NCBI GenBank assembly: GCA_002305085.1
Contig: DBQE01000006.1
Location: 7,061 to 71,060, forward strand
Source of the DNA: Bacteroidales bacterium UBA1402
GTDB lineage: Bacteria > Bacteroidota > Bacteroidia > Bacteroidales > UBA1402
Reading direction: 5' to 3'
DNA length: 64,000 nt
The notes under the pieces were generated by a model. It worked only from the letters and a program-made list of their open reading frames with translations. It did not search any database and was not told the origin of the DNA. Below, piece by piece: positions 1-7,048 of this stretch. A program made the position numbers and the translations under genes. Every line of letters begins with the position of its first letter. The stretch's first letter is position 1.

Positions 1-1961
1 GCGCTGAGATCCTGTGCCAGCCAGACGGCCATATTACCACTGCCGCGATGTGCCCAGGCGTAATAAGGGATCAGATTCAGTTTGACATCCTGAGTCTGGA
101 GTCGGCCTCTGTCGTCGTAACGAAGCACTTGAGCATCTGTGCGTAATTGAATAATGCCTGAAAGAAGATCAGGCTTTTCAATCAATTCAAACTGAGGCTT
201 TTGGTTCATAAAAGTACTTAGTATATCGAAATCGTTGTCGGGCCATTCGGCACAATAAACGATGGGACCGCGTTCAACGGCAATTTTTCCTTTATCGGCT
301 TCCACATTGGGATTGGCTTTGACCGTACGGGGCTGCATTTCGAAATGCACCTCCACTTTATCGCCTTTACTCCATTTTCTGTCGATGCAGAAATAGCCGT
401 CTGTCAATTCTTGTGCCGGCAATTCTTTACCGTTGAGCGCGATGGAAAAGTTCAGGCGCTTTCCGTCGTTGTAGGAATACAAATTGCTGGGAACAACCTG
501 ATTTCTTACCCATCCGGGTATACGGATTTTCAATATAAAGTCTTGTCTTCCGACAGGATTCACGGTTATGCTGATGTCTCCATCCCAAGGGTAGTTGGTG
601 CTTTGTTGAAGATTGATTTTTTTGTTGTTCAATCTAAGGTCAGTATTGTTCGACATGAAAAGGTTGACAAAAACCGCCCGGTCTTTGGTGGCGTAAACAT
701 AGCCCGGTATTGATGGAATGAAACGGCAAACGTTGGAGGGGCAGCAGGCACAGCCAAACCAGGCTTGACGTTGATGTTGGCCCATTGATTCCAGAGGATT
801 GGGATAGAAAAACCGTCCACCGTCCAGTGAGACTCCGGAAATCAGTCCGTTATACAAAGTGCGCTCCAAAACATCGTAATATTTTGATTCGCCATGCAGC
901 AGGAAAAGCCGGTAGTTCATATACACATGGCCAATGGCGGCACAAGTTTCGCAATAAGCCGACATATTGGGTAACTCGTAATTCCTTCCAAAAGCTTCAC
1001 CGCTGCCGGTGGCGCCGATTCCTCCCGTGATATAGAGTTTCTTGCTTACAATATTTTCCCAGATTCGATCGATGGCTTTGGTGTAGGAGGAATCTCCGGT
1101 CAGGGCAGCCACATCGGCCATTCCTGAATACATATAAGCTGCACGAACGGCATGACCCACAGCTTCGTCTTGTTCAATCACCGGCAGGTGAGCCTGGCTA
1201 TATTGGTCTCTGCGCGAAGTGTAACCCCTTTTGTCCAGGAAGAACTTGGCCTGATCGAGGTATTTCTGTTCACCGGTGAGCAGGTATAATTTGGCCAGAG
1301 CCATTTCGGCGATCTGATGGCCGGGAACTGCTACAGTTTGGCCTTCTCCGTCGCCGATTTCTCTGCAAACACAATCTGCGTATTTGATGGCAATATCCAG
1401 AAGGCTGCGTTTACCGGTGGCCTGATAGTGGGCAATAGCTCCTTCTATCAGGTGTCCTAGGTTGTAAAATTCGTGGCTGAGATCTTCGACTTTTTCCCAG
1501 CGTTTCGATCCGGCCCATTCGTGGGGATGTTCGGGATTCTGGGTGCGGGCTGTGAATAAATAGCCGTCCGGTTCCTGGGCGGCAGCCATAATAACGATGA
1601 CGCTGTCAATGTATTTATCCAGCGCTTTGTCGGGATAGGTCTGCATGGAATAGCTGGCTCCTTCTATGGTTTTGTACACATCGGTGTCGTCGAAAGAATA
1701 GCCTTCCACTTTGTATTCTGAACTTGGGTTGGCAGCCCGCACAAAATTTTCGTAACGTCCGGTCTCTTCGCATTTGCTAAAGGCCAGAGGAATGGTTACT
1801 TCACGGCTGGCTTTGAGCCTTTGTCCCCAGAAGGCGTCCGTTACTTTGACCGATGTAAAAGGCACCGGATCGATGGGGTAACCGTGATGACTCTTTTGTG
1901 TTTTGGCTTGCATACCTGCAGCCAGACTAAGTGTTAGTGCAAGAATAAATAGTTTTTTCAT
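1..1961 (-). CDS. Glycoside hydrolase family 127 (DUF1680, beta-L-arabinofuranosidase-like); C-terminus runs off the left window edge
   Basis: Absent from the ORF track because it is edge-truncated. Reverse complement from the ATG at 1961-1959 reads MKKLFILALTLSLAAGMQAKTQKSHHGYPIDPVPFTSVKVTD and stays open to position 1 (>650 aa). Signal peptide present. Cys motifs MSAYCETCAAIG (rc of ~931-965) and WFGCACCPSNVCRF (rc of ~721-785) match the Zn/Cys catalytic centre of HypBA1-type GH127. Confidence 0.8.
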   Translation of the reverse strand, partial: MKKLFILALTLSLAAGMQAKTQKSHHGYPIDPVPFTSVKVTDAFWGQRLKASREVTIPLAFSKCEETGRYENFVRAANPSSEYKVEGYSFDDTDVYKTIEGASYSMQTYPDKALDKYIDSVIVIMAAAQEPDGYLFTARTQNPEHPHEWAGSKRWEKVEDLSHEFYNLGHLIEGAIAHYQATGKRSLLDIAIKYADCVCREIGDGEGQTVAVPGHQIAEMALAKLYLLTGEQKYLDQAKFFLDKRGYTSRRDQYSQAHLPVIEQDEAVGHAVRAAYMYSGMADVAALTGDSSYTKAIDRIWENIVSKKLYITGGIGATGSGEAFGRNYELPNMSAYCETCAAIGHVYMNYRLFLLHGESKYYDVLERTLYNGLISGVSLDGGRFFYPNPLESMGQHQRQAWFGCACCPSNVCRFIPSIPGYVYATKDRAVFVNLFMSNNTDLRLNNKKINLQQSTNYPWDGDISITVNPVGRQDFILKIRIPGWVRNQVVPSNLYSYNDGKRLNFSIALNGKELPAQELTDGYFCIDRKWSKGDKVEVHFEMQPRTVKANPNVEADKGKIAVERGPIVYCAEWPDNDFDILSTFMNQKPQFELIEKPDLLSGIIQLRTDAQVLRYDDRGRLQTQDVKLNLIPYYAWAHRGSGNMAVWLAQDLS

Positions 1962-2182
1962 AACTGTCGTTTATAGGATAATGAATTAAAAGGTTGAGTC
2001 TGAAGATAGTAATTTATCGGCAAATTACCTTTCACGTTGGGTTTAACCGCGACACTAAGTGACACATACAAAGAAAATCAATTCACCCGTAAAGAAGTGC
2101 AATGAAAATCCAGAAGGCTGTAACTATTGTCCGATTTTTAGGCTAATTGTTGGTGATGGACTACAATGCAGCCGGAATATAG

Positions 2183-2218
2183 ACAAAAAGAAAGGCCGGG
2201 CAAATTTGCTCGGCCTTT
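2183..2218 (-). terminator. Rho-independent terminator downstream of the LamG/T9SS gene
   Basis: Stem aaaggccg (2191-2198) pairs with cggccttt (2211-2218) around a 12-nt loop. On the minus strand it is followed by CTTTTTGT (2190-2183), 22 nt after the stop at 2240. Confidence 0.65.
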
Positions 2219-2239
2219 CCGATATAGAGCTTGTTTACA

Positions 2240-5200
2240 TTACTTCTTTATAAACTTGCTGTTGATAACTTGTCCTTCGGATTCAACCTGCAGGATGTAC
2301 AAGCCTTGGTTAAGTCCGTTCAGATCGATATTCAGTTGGTTTTGGTCGGCTCTGCGAACGTAGAGTTGCTGACCGGTTACGTTGAATACCTTGACCACGG
2401 AGTTGTTTTCAATACCGCTGACAACGATGAAATCGCTTGCGGGATTGGGGTAGATCATCAGGGTCGGCAGGGCTTTGACTGCACCCAGACCTACAACACC
2501 CGTAGTGTCGTTGGCTCCGAAATAAAGGAGTCTGAAATTGTCGAACTGCATAAAGCCTTGCGAGGCCAGTCCTGCGCGAACCGTCATGCCGACGGGGGCT
2601 TCAAATTCAGCGCTCAACGTCTGCCAATTCTCCATGCCGTTCCAGCCTTCACCGGTGATGACACTGGTTGAATCGAGGGTTTCGGATTCAAAGGTGCCGA
2701 ATTTGGTTTTGGCGTATACATGTTGGGTATAAGGAGTCGGAGTATTGGTGCGTACGTCGGCCGTCAGGCGATAAACACCGGTTGCGGGGATAACAATGTT
2801 TTGGTAAAGATCAATCCTGTTGATGGTGGCTGCCCAGGTTTCAAATGCACTGGCTCCGTCGGAGGGTGCATCGGTAATGCTGACGGCATTGCACCAGCCT
2901 GATTGATTCAGGTACAGATTCCAACCTGCGGGGACGTTGTGATTTCCACTACCGAGAACACTAGTAGTATCGAGTGTGCCTCCCAAACCATCTTCGAAGC
3001 TCGGATTGGCGATAGCAAAAGTATAGTCTGCAGGAGCCTCTGCGGTGGCGGGCTCATCGGCACCAAAGCAAGTAAGCCTGAAGTTGTCGAATTGCATAAA
3101 GCCTTCCGAAGCCAGTCCGATGCGGACGTTGCCGTCGGCATTAAGAGCAAAGCTGGTGCTCAGGGTTTGGAAATTGGTTACGGCGTTCCACCCGCTTCCG
3201 GTAACTAATCTTTCGGGATCCAGGCTGACCGAAGAATAGGTCTTATCGCCCTTGATGGCAACATAGGTATGTTGAGTGTAAGGAGGCGCAGCGTTGGTTC
3301 TGACCTCGGCAGACAGGATGTAGTTGCCTGCAGGCAGGAAGATGTCCTGATAAATATCAAACTTCCGTATGGTTGCTGCCCAGGTTTCGAAAGCCTTGGT
3401 TCCGTCGGAGGGACCGGCAGTAATGTCAACGGCATTGCACCAGCCGGTCTTATCCATGTACAAGGTCCAACCTGTGGGATATTTATAGCTGCCGTCGCCT
3501 TCGACTATGCTGTTGGGATCAAGTTTTCCGCCAAAGGTTCCTTCGAAGCTCGGGTTCTCAATGGCAAAAGTGAAGTCTGCAGGAGCTGCACCCGAAGCCG
3601 GTTGAGTGAAACGATACATTCTGATGGCGGTCTTGAGGTCATCTATGTCTTCTTCGGTGACGTTGTTGCCTGCTATGGCTGCTTCGGCAGCGGTAATGGC
3701 CTCATTGAGAGCATCAAGTCCGGGGTAAGCCAAAGCGGCATAATCCCTGGCTTCGTCTACCAAATTCTGAAGATCGATGGCCCGTACGCTGGCCGACCCG
3801 TCGTTCAGGGCATAGGCGGCATCCAGTTTCACGATGGTGTTTTCGATGTCAAATAGGGTATTGACTTCTTCCTCGGTCATACCTTTTTTGTAGATAACCA
3901 AAGAGGCAATCATGGTATTCTGCAGGTAGGGGTCGCCCGAATAGCAGGGTTTACCGATGTAATTGTGGATGGTTCCGCTCAGTCCGCTTCTCCACAAGGC
4001 GGTTTGAGGATTACTGATTTTGGCTGTGGCAGCAGCCCAACCGTCTTTGTAAAGCACTCCGGTGTCGCCGGTTTGTGTAAAGGTAATGTTGTGCCAGCTT
4101 CCCACAAAGGTATTGCCTTCGCCGACGCCCACATGGTTATTGGGTTCTGCACCGTAGTTATCGGGTGTACAAACATGGCGGTCGCGCAGCGGTTCGTAAT
4201 ACATGGCACCGTAAGCCTGGCCGCCCAGGTTGTTGGTGTTAGCGAATCCGTACAACCATTGTCCGTAGCCTGTAAACTGCGACAATTCTCCCTGGTTATT
4301 GTCCTTACGGAAGAAAACACTGACGGTGTAGTCGGTGAGACCCGAAACGGCTTTACCGATTTCTTTGCCCATGTCGAAGTAGCCGTCGCCGTTGGCCAAA
4401 TAGAGCACTTTGATGGCGTTGTCGCCTTCGCCGATGGTAGCAATATAAGCTTCTTCGTGCAGGGTTCCTTCAAAGGCAAATTCACCCTGATCCGTGACGG
4501 TGGTACCACTGCCCTTGGAGAAGTCGAAATTGGCAACAAGATCGGTTGTAAATCCGCCCTTAACCAGTACTTTGCCTTCGAAAGTTTTGCTCTTGAAGGT
4601 GGTACCTTGGTTCAATGTGGCAGTCAGTACAATCTTTTTATCAAAGTATTTGGGTTGTGAAACTACTCCCGTGTTGGAAACATACTCCGGCTGACTGGAT
4701 ACCCAAGTGATTTTGATGGCGGGCTCTATGGTTCCCTGGGTGGGAAGGGTAAGAACCGTTTCTTCGGTTAATGCACTGATGTCAGGCAAGGTCAGCGCAT
4801 CGTATTCTTGCTGGAATTCCGGACCTACCACTTCGGGATTCTCGTTGTAAGCGGTGTTCAGGGCAGCGATTCTTGCACTGATATTGGTCAGTTCTTCGCT
4901 CTGCAGGTCTTCCTGGGTAAGAGCAACTCCGTATATCTGCAAGCCGGCAATATGAGTTTTGGACAATTTTGGGTCGCCGGAATAACAGGGAAGGCCGATG
5001 TAATTGTGAATGGTGCCTCTGTGTCCCTTTGCTTTGAGAGCATAGGCAGGAATATAAACGTTGTCGCTGCTTCCGGCCACCTCGCCGTCAAAATACAGAG
5101 TGCCTTTTTGGCCGCTTTGTACGTAAGTAATATTATGCCAGGTACCTATAGGAGTTCTCCTTTGTCCTCTTTGAACGCCAGTCTCGTCGCCGTAGTTGGT

Positions 5201-6643
5201 GGTGAATACGGCGTGGTAGGCGCGATAGGGTTCGTAGAATATACCCCCCTGTCCATCGCTGGCAAGGTCGTTGCTGTTGCAGAAGCAATACAACCATTGA
5301 CCGTAGGCGCTGCTGCTCCAGGTAACGCCACCTACGCTGTCTTTGCGGTAAAACACACTGATGGTGTAGTCGGTTAATCCGGCCACGGCTTTACCTATTT
5401 CTTGGCCCATATCAAAGTAAGCACCGGCTTGTTCAATATACATGGCGCTGACCGGATTGCTTTCGCCCATGGTGACGATACGGGCTCCACCCAGACAGGT
5501 TCCCACAAAATCGTTTCCACTTTTATCCGTTACGGTTACATTTCCGTCTTCATCGGTACCCAGGGTTTCTTCCGTAAAGTCCCAAACGGCAATGATGGGA
5601 TTGGCTTCTGTTTCCTGGGGATAAACCTTTACGATGAACGTGCGTTCGGCGGTAAATTCTTCCTCGCCTCTCATCTGCAACAAGGAGGCTGTCAATATAC
5701 AGGCATCCTGGTATTTTTCGGGGAAAGCCACAATTTTGCCTTCGTTGTCGATCAGCAAGGTGTCGGAAGATGTCCAGCTGATGCTTACAGCGCTGTCGGC
5801 CCAGGTGGTAGGCAGCGTCAAATCTGCGGTCAAACCGGTAAATTCGTAATCTTCAGGAAGATCCAATGCTAGATTGTTGTAACAATCCGTAATTTCGTCG
5901 GGTACGCCAAGTAACTCGGCAATGTCGTCGGCGGTGAGGGCACGTTTGTAAATGCGCAAATCGTCTATGTTTCCCACCACCGAGGGGTCAGCAGTGTAAA
6001 CCGACTTCCCAACGTAGTTTTTCGTCGTAAATCCAAGATCGCTGGGCTTCAGTGTTATGTTGTTGTTACGACCTACTTCGATACCGTTTACATACATAAT
6101 ACCCAAGCCGATGTTGTTGGTGTATTTGATAGTAACCGCAATGTGATTCCAGCGGCCAAAGGTGAGAGCCTTGCCATTGATGTGTTCTTCCCCTGCAGGA
6201 CGAACCTGAATGTTTTTGATGGCAAAACGCACGTAACCCGGTCCTCCTGTGGTAATAAACATGTTGGTGTCGGTGTTGGTAGCAAAGTCTACCAAGCGGT
6301 CCCAACCATTGGCGGCATCTTTGTATATCCAGCCGGCAATGGTTATGTCCTCCATCCCCACCATAAAGCCGTCGGGCATATATACATAGTCGTTCACGGT
6401 TTCAAGACGGAGAGCATCACCGAATTTACCTTCGACATAATAGGCGCCTCCCATGCGTGTTCCTGCGTTGTTATTGCCGGAAACATCGGGTACTTCGGAC
6501 TGCTCCGCAGTAAGCCCATCGAAAGTATAATGCAAATGCAGGTTGCTTGTAATATCAGCCAATGCTGAAGTTGCAAGCATACAAGTAATGGCAAGCAGGC
6601 AAGTCCTGGTTGCCAATTTGAGGTAGTTTTTTTTCATTTTCAT
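2240..6643 (-). CDS. T9SS-secreted 1467-aa multi-domain protein: 3 LamG (Laminin_G_3-like) modules, 2 small Ig-like modules, a helical FIVAR-like linker, 2 tandem CBM-like jelly-roll modules, and a Por/T9SS C-terminal sorting domain
   Basis: Single long ORF with signal peptide MKMKKNYLKLATRTCLLAITCMLATSALA. LamG signature NYVGKSVY..DP..VGNIDDLRIYKRALTADDI, plus two paralogous copies TIHNYIG[LK]PCYSGDP. ISWTSSD.../ITWVSSQ... atrophied-Ig-like segments. Duplicated ADFTFAIENPSFEG / ADYTFAIANPSFEDG modules, each ending GFMQFDNFRL. C-terminus MIYPNPASDFIVV...GLYILQVESEGQVINSKFIKK resembles a type-A T9SS CTD. Confidence 0.9.
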   Translation of the reverse strand: MKMKKNYLKLATRTCLLAITCMLATSALADITSNLHLHYTFDGLTAEQSEVPDVSGNNNAGTRMGGAYYVEGKFGDALRLETVNDYVYMPDGFMVGMEDITIAGWIYKDAANGWDRLVDFATNTDTNMFITTGGPGYVRFAIKNIQVRPAGEEHINGKALTFGRWNHIAVTIKYTNNIGLGIMYVNGIEVGRNNNITLKPSDLGFTTKNYVGKSVYTADPSVVGNIDDLRIYKRALTADDIAELLGVPDEITDCYNNLALDLPEDYEFTGLTADLTLPTTWADSAVSISWTSSDTLLIDNEGKIVAFPEKYQDACILTASLLQMRGEEEFTAERTFIVKVYPQETEANPIIAVWDFTEETLGTDEDGNVTVTDKSGNDFVGTCLGGARIVTMGESNPVSAMYIEQAGAYFDMGQEIGKAVAGLTDYTISVFYRKDSVGGVTWSSSAYGQWLYCFCNSNDLASDGQGGIFYEPYRAYHAVFTTNYGDETGVQRGQRRTPIGTWHNITYVQSGQKGTLYFDGEVAGSSDNVYIPAYALKAKGHRGTIHNYIGLPCYSGDPKLSKTHIAGLQIYGVALTQEDLQSEELTNISARIAALNTAYNENPEVVGPEFQQEYDALTLPDISALTEETVLTLPTQGTIEPAIKITWVSSQPEYVSNTGVVSQPKYFDKKIVLTATLNQGTTFKSKTFEGKVLVKGGFTTDLVANFDFSKGSGTTVTDQGEFAFEGTLHEEAYIATIGEGDNAIKVLYLANGDGYFDMGKEIGKAVSGLTDYTVSVFFRKDNNQGELSQFTGYGQWLYGFANTNNLGGQAYGAMYYEPLRDRHVCTPDNYGAEPNNHVGVGEGNTFVGSWHNITFTQTGDTGVLYKDGWAAATAKISNPQTALWRSGLSGTIHNYIGKPCYSGDPYLQNTMIASLVIYKKGMTEEEVNTLFDIENTIVKLDAAYALNDGSASVRAIDLQNLVDEARDYAALAYPGLDALNEAITAAEAAIAGNNVTEEDIDDLKTAIRMYRFTQPASGAAPADFTFAIENPSFEGTFGGKLDPNSIVEGDGSYKYPTGWTLYMDKTGWCNAVDITAGPSDGTKAFETWAATIRKFDIYQDIFLPAGNYILSAEVRTNAAPPYTQHTYVAIKGDKTYSSVSLDPERLVTGSGWNAVTNFQTLSTSFALNADGNVRIGLASEGFMQFDNFRLTCFGADEPATAEAPADYTFAIANPSFEDGLGGTLDTTSVLGSGNHNVPAGWNLYLNQSGWCNAVSITDAPSDGASAFETWAATINRIDLYQNIVIPATGVYRLTADVRTNTPTPYTQHVYAKTKFGTFESETLDSTSVITGEGWNGMENWQTLSAEFEAPVGMTVRAGLASQGFMQFDNFRLLYFGANDTTGVVGLGAVKALPTLMIYPNPASDFIVVSGIENNSVVKVFNVTGQQLYVRRADQNQLNIDLNGLNQGLYILQVESEGQVINSKFIKK

Positions 6644-6831
6644 AAAGTTTAAAGTTAGTGGTGTTGAAAGGTAAAAAGAATTTGCGAAATAAGAAAAATT
6701 AAGACAATATACTAAAGTAAAATAACACTTGCGGGCAGTACAATAATTAGAGTGGACAGGAATTTATTTTCATTTTTTGTTTTTTATCTTCTCCACCTCC
6801 CGATTTTGTAAACACACTTCGCAAAAATATG

Positions 6832-6839
6832 CGTATTGT
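6832..6839 (-). promoter_or_regulatory. Candidate Bacteroidetes -7 box (TAnnTTTG) for the leftward LamG gene
   Basis: Plus-strand caaaaata is TATTTTTG on the minus strand. It forms a perfect 9-bp inverted repeat with atatttttg (6842-6850), i.e. back-to-back divergent boxes. Confidence 0.4.
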
Positions 6840-6842
6840 GTA

Positions 6843-6850
6843 TATTTTTG
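6843..6850 (+). promoter_or_regulatory. Candidate -7 box (TATTTTTG) facing the PUL, distal
   Basis: Matches TAnnTTTG and abuts the first GGTGGA site. Confidence 0.35.
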
Positions 6851-6940
6851 GTGGATAAATGTTTATAATTGGTGGACAAAATGCTTGTTAAAAAACTTGA
6901 TTTTATTTTCTTGTCCACTTATTTGAATGAATCATCCACC
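6850..6940. promoter_or_regulatory. Four GTGGA half-sites with perfect dyad symmetry; candidate operator or nested leader-RNA stems
   Basis: GGTGGATAAA (6850-6859), GGTGGACAAA (6871-6880), TTGTCCAC (6911-6918, rc GTGGACAA) and ATCCACC (6934-6940, rc GGTGGAT). Spacing within each arm is 21 bp. Inner and outer pairs share the same centre (~6895). Confidence 0.5.
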
Positions 6941-6960
6941 CTGATGCTGATGTTATGGCA

Positions 6961-6968
6961 TATATTTG
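6961..6968 (+). promoter_or_regulatory. Candidate -7 box (TATATTTG) for the PUL operon, proximal
   Basis: Exact TAnnTTTG match, 81 nt upstream of the ATG at 7049. Confidence 0.45.
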
Positions 6969-7048
6969 TGACTAAATTTTTGAAAAACTTATGAAATTCA
7001 CAATATGAAATTCGTTGCAGTTGACTTTCTAAATAAATCCAAACCCAT

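Noticed and set aside
345-1030. Small track ORFs 345-713 (+), 629-820 (-) and 785-1030 (+).
   Set aside because: They lie within the edge-truncated GH127 reading frame, or antisense or out of frame to it. That frame is continuous on the minus strand and carries family motifs.
2231-6594. About 25 ORFs of 60-230 aa on both strands inside the LamG/T9SS gene (e.g. 3269-3856 +, 3965-4660 +, 3979-4539 -, 4808-5377 +, 5402-5872 +).
   Set aside because: All are nested in or antisense to a 1467-aa ORF with coherent domain architecture. Their products are low-complexity or Gly/Val/Ala-rich mirror translations with no start context or motifs.
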